Shown here: in pieces, positions 50,066 through 59,422 of the stretch | Layout: each line of letters opens with the position of its first letter | How positions within the stretch are numbered: position 1 is the first letter of the stretch | DNA from: an uncultured Chloroflexia bacterium | Lineage (GTDB): Bacteria > Chloroflexota > Anaerolineae > Anaerolineales > UBA11579 | Reading direction: 5' to 3' | Assembly (NCBI GenBank): GCA_963722735.1 | Contig: CAVROH010000017.1 | Span: 51,075-115,074, forward strand | Length of the DNA: 64,000 nt | The notes under the pieces: model-generated | The model's database searches: none | The model's input: the letters and a program-made list of their open reading frames with translations, nothing else | Told to the model about the DNA's origin: nothing | Position numbers and translations under genes: made by a program

Positions 50066-50944
50066 ATGGCGAAAAAATTGGAAGTTCCCTATCGCTCCCA
50101 GCGCGATTCTGATGCCCTTTACGCCCCCTCCGACTGCGGGGCAGCCTGTGTTGGGATGCTGCTCAAAGCCTACGGGATGAACGCCACCATCGATGATATC
50201 TTCAAAGCCACCGGCCAGCTTCAGCAGAATTTCCTCTCCCGAGGAGACCTGATCGAAGCCGCCTCTCAATACCAGGTCACCTTGCGCCGCTTCTCGGACG
50301 GCGATCAGGAGTACCTCAAGCGCAAGATCGACCAGAACCGCCCGGTAATCGCCTTGGTGAACTATGCGGCCTGGTCCAATGCTGGCTCCGGAGTGCCCAC
50401 CCAGAGTGATTTTGCCAAGACCCATTTTGTGGTCGTCACCGGTTATGATGGCGATGATATCCGGATCAATGACCCGCTTTTTTGGGGCAGCCGCCGTTTG
50501 GAGGGTAAGGATAAACGCATGACCTATGCCCAGTTTGCCGCCGCCTGGGGAACCTGCCATAATTTCATGAGCAATCCTGATTTCGTTGGGCTGGTGGTGT
50601 TGGACCCGCTTCCCGGGCATGCCGCCCCGGTCAGCGGACAGCCGGTAACTGAGAACGAGATGAACAAGATCCTGGCGTGGGGTGTGTTCATGGGGATCGC
50701 CATCGATGAAGACGCGCTCCAATCCCGCGCAGTGGTGGATGTGTATCTCAATTTCGTCGGCGACTGGGGAAAGAATGTTGTCACCCACACTGTCCAGGCG
50801 GGTGACGACCTTGGGATCCTAGCGCTGCGTTATTACGGCGACCCGATGAAATGGAAAGTGATTACCTATTTCAACGACCTCCCGCCGATCGATGCTTTTA
50901 CTGTGGGCGATAAACTTAAGATCCCGGAACCAAAATTCACATAA
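50066..50944 (+). CDS. peptidase C39-like (papain-fold) domain protein with C-terminal LysM
   Basis: VPYRSQRDS...APSDCGAACVGMLL (Cys) and THFVVVTGYDGDDIRINDP (His/Asp). The C-terminal HTVQAGDDLGILALRYYGDPMKWKVITYFNDL...GDKLKIP is a LysM motif. AGGAG RBS upstream. Confidence 0.55.
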   Translation: MAKKLEVPYRSQRDSDALYAPSDCGAACVGMLLKAYGMNATIDDIFKATGQLQQNFLSRGDLIEAASQYQVTLRRFSDGDQEYLKRKIDQNRPVIALVNYAAWSNAGSGVPTQSDFAKTHFVVVTGYDGDDIRINDPLFWGSRRLEGKDKRMTYAQFAAAWGTCHNFMSNPDFVGLVVLDPLPGHAAPVSGQPVTENEMNKILAWGVFMGIAIDEDALQSRAVVDVYLNFVGDWGKNVVTHTVQAGDDLGILALRYYGDPMKWKVITYFNDLPPIDAFTVGDKLKIPEPKFT

Positions 50945-50962
50945 TAAGGGAACCTGACCATA

Positions 50963-51438
50963 ATGGCGAAGCAAGTTTCAAAGAAGCAATTACCCACAGG
51001 CATCAACCGCGGGTTCTTCCGCGCCCGATCTGGATCTACCGCCTCGGTCTGGGCGGGCTGCTGGGGAAGAAATTCCTGCTGCTCAACCACACCGGGCGCA
51101 AGTCCGGCTTGCCGCGCCAGGCTGTCCTGGAGGTGGTGATCCATGAAAAGGAGACCAATACTTATTACGTCAGCGCCAGCTTTGGGGCCAAGACCCAATG
51201 GCTGCAGAATCTCCAGGCCCAGCCGGAGGTCTCAATCCAGGTGGGCTGGCGGAAATGGGATGTTTGCGCAGAGGTGCTCTCTCCCGAAGCGGGCGGGGAG
51301 GTCTTCCGGCTTTTCTGCGATGGAAACAAGTTTGCTCCTACCTATGCCAAAGCCCTCGGTTTCGAAGTGGATGGCAGCCTGGAGGATTATTACGATATGG
51401 GCACGCTGATGATTTTTGTGGCACTCAGGCCGCGATAG
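50963..51438 (+). pseudogene. nitroreductase-family deazaflavin-dependent oxidoreductase (DUF385); one frameshift at about 51025
   Basis: MAKQVSKKQLPTGINRGFFRAP|IWIYRLGLGGLLGKKFLLLNHTGRKSGLPRQAVLEVV joins ORF 51109-51438. Confidence 0.6.
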
Positions 51439-51510
51439 GACCTTTTTCTATCCGTGTTCACCTGGGTGCAACTATGGTTAAATGATTTTTTTTCCAGATA
51501 GGAGCATTTT

Positions 51511-52467
51511 GTGAAAGAAAAACGCAAATTAGGCAAATCCGATCTCTATATCACCCCGATTGGGTTAGGTGTGATGCAGTTTGCTGGCGGGCGAGGGCTT
51601 TTTCGGCAGATGTTCAACTACTTCGACCAGACCGTCAAGGATGAGATCGTGCACAGTGCCCTGGATGGCGGGATCAATTGGTTCGATACCGCCGAGATGT
51701 ACGGCAATGGTCGCTCTGAACGAGCACTGCGTGACGCTCTGGTCAATAACGGCGTCGCTGATGAGGACGTGATAATTGCCTCCAAGTGGTGGCCGTTCCC
51801 GCGTTTTGCCAGCAGCATCCGCCGCACGATTGGCACCCGATTGGGGAATATTACTCCCTATACCCTTGATCTGCACCAGGTGCACTGGCCGAATTCCTTT
51901 TCCTCGCCAGAAGCCCAGATGAATGTGATGGCCGATCTGGTGGAGGCGGGCAAGATCCGGGCGGTAGGGGTCAGTAACTTTGGAGAGGCTTTCACCCACC
52001 GGGCGCATACTGCATTGGTCAAGCGCGGGCTGGGACTGGCCTCCAATCAGGTGCAGTTCAGTCTGCTCCACCGGAACATAGAGCATAACGGGATCCTCAA
52101 TGCGGCCAAAGAATTGGGTGTGACAATCATTGCCTGGTCCCCATTGGCCTCGGGCCTGCTTTCCGGCAAGTTCCATAAAGATGCTGAGTACCTTACCAAG
52201 ACACCCGCCACCAGACGCCGCAGATTGGCCGCCCAACTGAAAGCCACCCAGCCGCTGATTGATGTCCTCGATGAGATCGCCCAGCGGCACGGCAAAACCA
52301 TTTCCCAGGTGGCGCTGAACTGGACGATCCACTTCCATGGCGAGACGGTTGTGGCAATCCCTGGAGCCAGTAAGGTCGGCCATGCCAAGGAAGCTGCCGG
52401 GGTGCTAGATTTTCGTCTCACGGATGCCGAAATGGCGCAGTTGGATGAAATGACCAGAAAAGTTTGA
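51511..52467 (+). CDS. aldo/keto reductase
   Basis: GTG start after AGGAG. LGLGVMQF, FDTAEMYGNGRSE, LHQVHWP, GVSNF and IPGASKVGHAKE. Confidence 0.9.
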   Translation: MKEKRKLGKSDLYITPIGLGVMQFAGGRGLFRQMFNYFDQTVKDEIVHSALDGGINWFDTAEMYGNGRSERALRDALVNNGVADEDVIIASKWWPFPRFASSIRRTIGTRLGNITPYTLDLHQVHWPNSFSSPEAQMNVMADLVEAGKIRAVGVSNFGEAFTHRAHTALVKRGLGLASNQVQFSLLHRNIEHNGILNAAKELGVTIIAWSPLASGLLSGKFHKDAEYLTKTPATRRRRLAAQLKATQPLIDVLDEIAQRHGKTISQVALNWTIHFHGETVVAIPGASKVGHAKEAAGVLDFRLTDAEMAQLDEMTRKV

Positions 52468-52479
52468 CAGGTATCATAA

Positions 52480-52728
52480 ATGAACAAAATTACTGTGATC
52501 TTCTTCGCAACTTTCCGCGATAAAGCCGGTATCAGCCGGGCGGAAATAGAGGTCCCGCCAGGCACGACCATCGAGGGCCTACGTGAGATCCTAACCAGGC
52601 AGTTCCCTGCTCTGGAGACGCTTGCCGATCACGCCCTTGCAGCCATTAATAAAGAAGTCGCCCTTCCCGGACAGGTTGTCCCCGAAGGGGCGGAAGTGGC
52701 CTGGTTCCCGCCAGTTGGCGGAGGCTGA
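52480..52728 (+). CDS. MoaD/ThiS family sulfur-carrier-like protein
   Basis: 82 aa. ITVIFFATFRDKAG... and the C-terminus ..AEVAWFPPVGGG*, an exposed Gly-Gly end typical of MoaD-type carriers. Confidence 0.7.
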   Translation: MNKITVIFFATFRDKAGISRAEIEVPPGTTIEGLREILTRQFPALETLADHALAAINKEVALPGQVVPEGAEVAWFPPVGGG

Positions 52729-52733
52729 CTCCG

Positions 52734-53816
52734 ATGACCTGCTATGCCTGCCTGGAATGCGGCCAGCCCTACGCCGGTCCGGTTTACTACCGCTGCCAGG
52801 ATTGCAGAGGTGTGTATGGCATTCCGGCGGGAATCCGATTTGACCCCGATCGTGTCAACACCTCACTGCCCGGCATCTGGCGTTACCGGGACAGCTTTGA
52901 TCTGATACCCGACGCGCCTGATCTCTATCTGGGAGAGGGGGATACGCCTCTGGTGGAGATTTCCCTTGAGGGCCGCCCACTGCACCTTAAGCTGGAATCG
53001 CTCAACCCGACCGGCTCCTATAAGGACCGGTTGGCGGCGGTAATGGTCGGCGCTCTGGTTGGGATGGGCGTTTCACAGGCAGTGGAGGATTCCTCCGGGA
53101 ATGCAGGTGCAGCTTTTGCGGCCTATTGCGCACGCGCCGGGATCAAGGCCAAGGTGTTTGTACCCGAATCAGCAGCCGGGCCGAAATGCGACCAGATCGC
53201 CCGTTTTGGCGCTGAGGTGATCGCGGTGCCCGGTCCGCGACAGGCGGCTGCAGATGCAGTTCTGGCAAAGGTCGAAAAAGGGGCAATGTACGCCAGTCAC
53301 GCCTATCTGCCCCACGGGCTGGCCGGGGTTGCGACGATCGCCTATGAGCTGGTGGATCAGCTTGGCGGCGCGCCGGAGATGGTGATCGCCCCGGTCGGGC
53401 ATGGAGGATTACTGCTGGGGATCATGCTGGGATTCCAAGCGCTGCTGACTGCCGGTGAGATTAATTCGCTGCCTGAGTTCATCGGCGCTCAGGCTGCGGA
53501 GAATGCTCCGATCTGGACGGCGGCTAAACGTGTGGCGTTTGCGCCAGGTAACACAATTGCCGGGGGGATCTCGGTCTCCCAGCCAGTGCGCGGGCCTGAA
53601 TTGCTCGATCTGCACAAGCAGGGTCTTGTGGAATTTGTCACCGTCTCGGAGGAGGCTATCCGGGCTGGCATGGAGGAGCTTGCCGCCCAGGGTGTGGATG
53701 CAGAACTAACCTCGGCAATTGTTGTGGATGCGTATAGGCAATTTATTAGAAGTGGAAAGCTGCCGGAGAAGGGGGATGTGGTCGCAATTATCAGCGGGCA
53801 CGGGCTGAAACAGTAA
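52734..53816 (+). CDS. threonine-synthase-like PLP-dependent enzyme with an N-terminal zinc ribbon
   Basis: CYACLECG...YRCQDCRG is a 4-Cys ribbon. LNPTGSYKDRLA carries the PLP lysine. SSGNAGAAFAAYCARAG also matches. The start is 5 nt after the MoaD-like stop. Confidence 0.7.
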   Translation: MTCYACLECGQPYAGPVYYRCQDCRGVYGIPAGIRFDPDRVNTSLPGIWRYRDSFDLIPDAPDLYLGEGDTPLVEISLEGRPLHLKLESLNPTGSYKDRLAAVMVGALVGMGVSQAVEDSSGNAGAAFAAYCARAGIKAKVFVPESAAGPKCDQIARFGAEVIAVPGPRQAAADAVLAKVEKGAMYASHAYLPHGLAGVATIAYELVDQLGGAPEMVIAPVGHGGLLLGIMLGFQALLTAGEINSLPEFIGAQAAENAPIWTAAKRVAFAPGNTIAGGISVSQPVRGPELLDLHKQGLVEFVTVSEEAIRAGMEELAAQGVDAELTSAIVVDAYRQFIRSGKLPEKGDVVAIISGHGLKQ

Positions 53817-53869
53817 GTAAGAGGTAGTAGGAAGTTCAAAAATCAACTTCTTCCCGCAGTCCCGTCTCA

Positions 53870-53878
53870 TGATATAAT
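53870..53878 (+). promoter_or_regulatory. candidate extended -10 (TGATATAAT) upstream of rnc
   Basis: TGnTATAAT match about 90 nt upstream of ATG 53968. Confidence 0.3.
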
Positions 53879-53967
53879 CCACAGGCTGATAAACGATTAG
53901 AACTTGTGGACCGCAAACTACTCGGCAGATGTGGGGTGGTTTGCGCTCCCTCAGTTCGGAGGAACAC

Positions 53968-54684
53968 ATGAATAACCGACTGGGAGAATTCCAGGCTGAA
54001 TCCCCGCAAGAATTCACAAACCGATTGAATTTACCTTTTAAGGACCTGCATTTACTCGCCCGGTCCCTCACGCACCGCTCCTATCTGAACGAGCATCCTG
54101 AGGCGATTGAGGATAACGAGCGGCTGGAGTTTCTGGGGGATGCGGTGCTGGATTACATCGTCGGGGCCTGGCTTTACCATCACTTCCCTGAGATGGCCGA
54201 GGGTGACCTGACCCGGATGCGGGCTGCGTTGGTCAAGACATCGCAGTTGGCCGAGTTTGGGCGTCAGATCAATTTAGGCGATGCCATTCGGTTGGGGCGC
54301 GGCGAAGAAGAGAATGGCGGTCGCAGGCGTAAAGCAATGCTGTGCGCCACTTTTGAAGCGGTGGTGGGAGCTTTATGCTTGGACGTGGGGATGGAAGCGG
54401 TGGAAGACTTCATTTTTCCTTTCCTGAGCAAAGCAGTGATTGAGATCCTCAATTTGCAGAAGGACCGCGACCCCAAATCGACCTTGCAGGAGATCGTTCA
54501 GACGGGCGGCAAATCAGCCCCGCGCTACGAAGTCGTCCACGATGAAGGCCCGGACCATGCCAAGGTGTTTGAGGTGCATGTCTTTGATGAGGATGTGCTC
54601 CTCGGCAAGGGAGAGGGATCCAGCAAGCGCGAAGCCAGTATGTCTGCTGCCCTGGATGCCCTCAAGAGACTGAATTACCGATAA
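53968..54684 (+). CDS. rnc: ribonuclease III
   Basis: ORF 53929-54684; ATG at 53968 after GGAGG. Signature ERLEFLGDAVL, plus GRGEE and a C-terminal dsRBD (..PRYEVV..GPDHAKVFEV...GEGSSKREA). Confidence 0.9.
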   Translation: MNNRLGEFQAESPQEFTNRLNLPFKDLHLLARSLTHRSYLNEHPEAIEDNERLEFLGDAVLDYIVGAWLYHHFPEMAEGDLTRMRAALVKTSQLAEFGRQINLGDAIRLGRGEEENGGRRRKAMLCATFEAVVGALCLDVGMEAVEDFIFPFLSKAVIEILNLQKDRDPKSTLQEIVQTGGKSAPRYEVVHDEGPDHAKVFEVHVFDEDVLLGKGEGSSKREASMSAALDALKRLNYR

Positions 54685-54694
54685 GGCAATCACC

Positions 54695-57600
54695 ATGAGA
54701 AATCGTCTCAAATCATTGGAACTGAACGGCTATAAGACCTTCGCTTCCCGCTCGAACTTCGAGTTCAGTGGGGATATTACCGTGATCGTTGGGCCGAACG
54801 GTTCCGGCAAGTCTAATATTGCCGACGCGCTGCGCTGGGTGCTGGGTGAACAGAGCTTCAAGCTGCTGCGCGGCAAACGTACCGACGATATGATCTTTGC
54901 CGGTTCACAGACCCGCCCGCGGGCCGGGATGGCGTCTGCCACGGTGACCTTTGATAACTCCGATGGCTGGCTGCCGATCGATTTCTCTGAAGTCTCGATC
55001 ACCCGCAAGGCCTACCGGGATGGCAATAACGAGTACCAGATCAACGGACAGCGCGTCCGGCTGAAGGATGTAAATGAACTATTGTCCAGCTCCGGGCTGG
55101 CAGAACGCACCTATACTGTGATTGGCCAGGGACTGGTGGATACCGCCCTGACCCTGCGGGCAGATGAACGCCGCGGTCTGTTTGAAGAGGCGGCCGGGAT
55201 CGGCCTGTACCGCGGACGCAAGGAGCAGGCCCTGCGCCGTCTGGAAAAGACCAAACGTAATCTGGAGCGGATTGAGGATATCCTCTCAGAGCTGTCCCCG
55301 CGGCTGCGCAGCCTGCGCCGCCAGGCCCAACGGGCAGAGCAATACGACCAGGTGCGCGCCGACCTGGAAGCGGTGCTGCGCGAATGGTACGGCTTTCACT
55401 GGCACAAAGCCCAGAAAGAACTCCAGACGATTCGGGAAGAGGTCGCCCAGCATGAGAAGAATCTGGCGACTGTCAAGTCGGAGCAGGACAACACCGAGCA
55501 AGTCGCTGGCGGAAACGCGTGACAAGATCAATGCCCTGCGCGGCCAATTGAATTCCTGGCACCGGCAGCTTTCCCAGATCCATGCCCAGCGTGAGGAAAC
55601 CACCCGTGAGCTGGCGGTGAGTGATGAGCGCCGCCGCGCTCTGCTGGATCAGGAATCCCGCATCCAGCAGGAGATTACCCGGCTGGAGGAAGAGAAATCC
55701 CGCCAGCAAACCCGCATGGACGAGTTCCAGCGCCGGGTGGATGATGCCCGGCAGACGGCGGAGATGTCTGAATCTGAACTTGAGAAAGCCCGTCAGGTGC
55801 TGACCGATCGAAAGCTGGAACGCGAGGCGATGGATGAAGCCGTGCAGGCTGCTCGAAAGCAGATCAATCTGCTGACCGGCAAGAAAGCCGAACTGGCCGC
55901 CCGCAAGGAAGAATTGGAAACCCGCATCATCCGTATTGAGGCCGAACTGCAGCGCCCAGGCTGAAAATCTGGAGAAGGCCGAGACCGAACGTGACAGCCA
56001 CCAGGCGCGAATCGATCAGGCCGAGATCCGGCGGGATGAAGAGAATGCCCGTCTTGATGGACTGCAGGTGGACCTGAACCAGGCGCGGTTGAAATTGGAA
56101 GAGGCGCGAGAGCAAAAATCTGCGCTGGAATCTGAGGCTGCCTCGCTAAATAACCAGATCGCCCGCTCACAGGCTGAGCTGGAAGTGCTGGTCCAGGCGG
56201 AAGCCTCTCTCAGCGGGTATGTCTCCGGGGCCAAAGTTTTGCTTCAGGCTGCCCGGGATGGGAAAATTAACCAGAAGGCGGCAGCGTTTGGCAGCCAGCT
56301 TCAGGTACCCAAAGAAATTGAGGTCGCCGTAGCCTCTGCGCTGGGCGATTATGTCGATGCGATCCTGCTGGCCCAGTCCGGTGATTCAGAGAAAGCGCTC
56401 TCCATGCTGGCAGAAGAATCTGCGCGGGCGGCGTTGCTGCCGCTGGGGGACCTCTCCCCGTTAAAGCCGATGAAGGCTCCCAAGACGTCTGGATGCCTGG
56501 GGATTGCCGCAGATCTGGTGCAGGCCTCGGCAGAACTGCGCCCGGCGGTGGATCTATTACTCGGGCAGGTGATCGTGGTGGAAGACCGGCAGGCGGCCAA
56601 AGCAGCCCTGCGCGGGCAGGATCATTATGTGCGGGCTGTCACACTGACCGGTGAGGTGTTCCACAGCAGCGGGGCGATCATGGTGGATACAGGTAAGCGC
56701 GCTTCAGCGCTCAGCCGGCCGCGGGAACGGAAATCACTGGAGGAGAAGATCGCCCAGACCAAGTGATACCTGGCTTCGGTGCAGAAAAAGATCGAAGTGG
56801 TTACCGCAGAAGAAGCGATGATCCAGCCAGCAAGTAGGGGAACTTTCCTCCCAGGTGGATGAGGTACAGCAGGCAGCTCGGTCTGCGGAAAGTGTTTACC
56901 GCCAGGCGAGCATGGACCTGGAGCAAGCCGCGGCACAGGCCAACTGGTTGAAACGCCAGCAGGAAAACTTTGCGCCAGCAACTTGCTGAATGCCCAGCAG
57001 AGCGTGGGTGGGATGCAGGCACGCAGCGAGGAAGCGGATGCCGATCTGGTCCGGGCTGAGGAGATGCTAAAAGCGAGAATGAAAAACTGAATGCGGTTTC
57101 CACCGATGAGCAGGTTTCCCAGGTCTCTTACTGGGAGGCGCAGTCGGCGATTGGCAACCAGACCTTGCAGGATGCCCTCCAGGTGTTCCGGGAGCGGAAG
57201 AATTCCCTGGAAGGGTTGGCCAACCGGATCAGCATCCAGATGGAAGAAGCGGGCCGGTCAAGGCGGCTCTGGTGGCGCTGGATTACCGGGTGGAAGAGAT
57301 GCGCTCCTCGGAGGGCGGGATTGGGGACGAGATCCAGAAGTTCAATGACCTGATCGAGCCGGCCGAGAAAGAACTGGCTGAGCTGGAATTGGTCCAGAAC
57401 GAAGAATTGGGGCATGAAAGCAGCGTCCGGCAGAATACATCCCGGGCGGAACGTTATTTCAACCAGGCGCAGATCGCGCTGGTGCGCCAGCAGGAGGCCA
57501 TGGATACCCTGCGCCAGCGGATCGAGGCGGACTTTGGCCTGGTGCAGTTCGAGTACACCGATGAGGTTTCCGGCCCGACCCCGCTGCCTCTGGGGGATAC

Positions 57601-58304
57601 TGTCGAGCAGCTGCCGATGGTAGAACAGATCTCCGATGATCTGGATGAGATCCTCAACCAGCAGCGTTTGCAGCTCAGACGTCTGGGGGCGGTCAATCCG
57701 GATGCCCAACGAGAATATCGTGAGGTCAGCGAACGGCATGAGTTCCTGACTGCCCAGGTGGAAGATCTGCGCAAGGCCGAGGTGGATATCAAGGAAGTGA
57801 TCTCGGAGCTGGATGAGCTGATGGAGCGCGACTTCCGCAAGACCTTTGAGGTGGTCGCCAAGGAATTCAAGCACATGTTCACCCGCCTGTTTGCCGGGGG
57901 GACGGCTCAATCTGGTGCTGACCGAAGGGGAGGACATCGATAGCATGGGGATCGATATCGAAGCGCGGCTGCCCGGTAAGCGTACCCAGGAATTGGCCTT
58001 GCTCTCCGGCGGGGAGCGCAGTCTGACGGCGGCGGCGCTGGTCTTTTCGCTGGTGAAGGCCTCTCCCACGCCGTTCTGTGTGATGGATGAGGTCGATGCG
58101 GCCCTGGATGAGGCCAATGTGGGCCGCTTCAGGGATGTGCTGGAGGAGTTGAGCCAGGATACTCAGTTCGTGGTGATTACCCACAACCGCCATACGGTGC
58201 AGGCTGCCGATGTGATCTACGGGATCACCATGGGGCGGGATACCACCAGCCAGTCGATCAGCCTGAAGCTGGAAGAGGTGGATGAGCGGTATTCGTCGAA
58301 TTAG
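54695..58304 (+). pseudogene. smc: chromosome segregation protein SMC; >=7 frame changes (probably assembly errors)
   Basis: Fragments are 54695-55522 (Walker A GPNGSGKSNI), 55164-55964, 55936-56766 (hinge), short pieces in 56770-57270, 57272-57943 and 57846-58304. The last carries [17 protein letters not shown] and the Walker [13 protein letters not shown]. Breaks lie at about 55500, 55955, 56765, 56830-57100 (several), 57270 and 57905. Confidence 0.9.
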
Positions 58305-58333
58305 GGCTGGTGAATTGGGAAAATGAGGCCTTG

Positions 58334-58996
58334 ATGAAATCCAAATCGTTTACAGTTGTTGGGTTGTTTATTGCAATCTTTGGATACCAGATCGTATTCG
58401 CCATCCAGTTCTGCCGCTCTATGACTACCAGTCTGGACAAACTGTCCTTGACCCTGATTGGATTTATTCTGGTGTGGATTCTGGCTATACTTGTTTTGTT
58501 GATCGTCAGACGGGGTGAAAAGAAACCATACTCAAGTATCGGGCTAAGATCGATCAAAGGAAAAGAGATCCTGATCGCAATGGTAATAGGGGTTATTCTC
58601 TCGCTTAGTGTGCCTTTGTTAATATTGTTGGTCGGCCATTTCATCCCTGCCAGGGGCAGTGGGATTGGGGAAGTAACTTCCGCCACATCATGGTGGATTT
58701 TGTTGATCAGTGTATTGACAGCGGGGATTGTGGAAGAGATCCTGTTTCGAGGATATCTCCTTGAGCGGGTCAACGAACTTTCTGGAAGTCAAGGTCTCGC
58801 GATTCTGATCTCAATCGTCGCATTTTCAATGCCGCATATCCTCTCTTGGAATATGGCCCACGTTGTAGGTGTGGTGTTACCTTTAGGTCTGATCCTGACT
58901 GGGCTATACCTCTGGAAGAGGAACCTTGTTTTTAATATTATCGTTCATATTATGATTGACTTGCCCATTGTTTTTATGGCATTAATGGTATCCTGA
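58334..58996 (+). CDS. CPBP family intramembrane glutamic endopeptidase (CAAX protease-like)
   Basis: ORF 58310-58996. AGIVEEILFRGYLLERV (EExxxR motif) and FSMPH. Confidence 0.75.
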   Translation: MKSKSFTVVGLFIAIFGYQIVFAIQFCRSMTTSLDKLSLTLIGFILVWILAILVLLIVRRGEKKPYSSIGLRSIKGKEILIAMVIGVILSLSVPLLILLVGHFIPARGSGIGEVTSATSWWILLISVLTAGIVEEILFRGYLLERVNELSGSQGLAILISIVAFSMPHILSWNMAHVVGVVLPLGLILTGLYLWKRNLVFNIIVHIMIDLPIVFMALMVS

Positions 58997-59101
58997 GGTG
59001 AATAAGTAGATTATTGACCGTTGATGCAGGAATTTAGATCTGTGCCTACTGACTATTGATTCACCATACTTTCCGGTACAACCTTCTCCCCCACATTTTC
59101 G

Positions 59102-59107
59102 TATAAT
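59102..59107 (+). promoter_or_regulatory. candidate -10 box (TATAAT) upstream of the PspC-domain gene
   Basis: TATAAT lies 42 nt before ATG 59150, with GGAG RBS between them. I see no good -35. Confidence 0.25.
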
Positions 59108-59149
59108 CGAGTAGAAAACAGGTAATCAACTCGGAAATGGAGAAGTGAA

Positions 59150-59353
59150 ATGACACAAACAGTTTATCGATCGCTGCGGCGCTCCAAGCGCAACCGGATC
59201 TTGGCCGGCGTATGTGGTGGGTTGGGCGAGTTCTTCGGGATCAGCCCCTTCTGGTTCCGGCTGGCTCTGATCCTCGCCTTGCTCCCCGGTGGGGTTCCCG
59301 GGATCGTGATCTACACGATCATGTGGATCATCATGCCCCCGGCCGGGAGGTAA
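59150..59353 (+). CDS. PspC domain-containing protein
   Basis: LRRSKRNRILAGVCGGLGEFFGISPFWFRLALIL is the PspC domain signature. Confidence 0.8.
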   Translation: MTQTVYRSLRRSKRNRILAGVCGGLGEFFGISPFWFRLALILALLPGGVPGIVIYTIMWIIMPPAGR

Positions 59354-59374
59354 TTGCTAGATCTCGACAATAAA

Positions 59375-59404
59375 AAAGATCGCCTGAGCAATCAGGCGAT
59401 CTTT
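59375..59404. terminator. bidirectional intrinsic terminator
   Basis: AAAGATCGCCTGA-gcaa-TCAGGCGATCTTT, flanked by an A-run and a T-run, between convergent genes. Confidence 0.65.
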
Positions 59405-59422
59405 GATTCACGCAAACTCCAG

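Noticed and set aside
50060-50788. 242-aa ORF antisense to the C39-LysM gene; likewise 51565-52383 antisense to the aldo/keto reductase, 57128-58117 antisense to smc and 59354-60097 antisense to the PPIase
   Set aside because: All are long antisense shadows opposite genes with clear family motifs. None has an RBS or recognisable domains.
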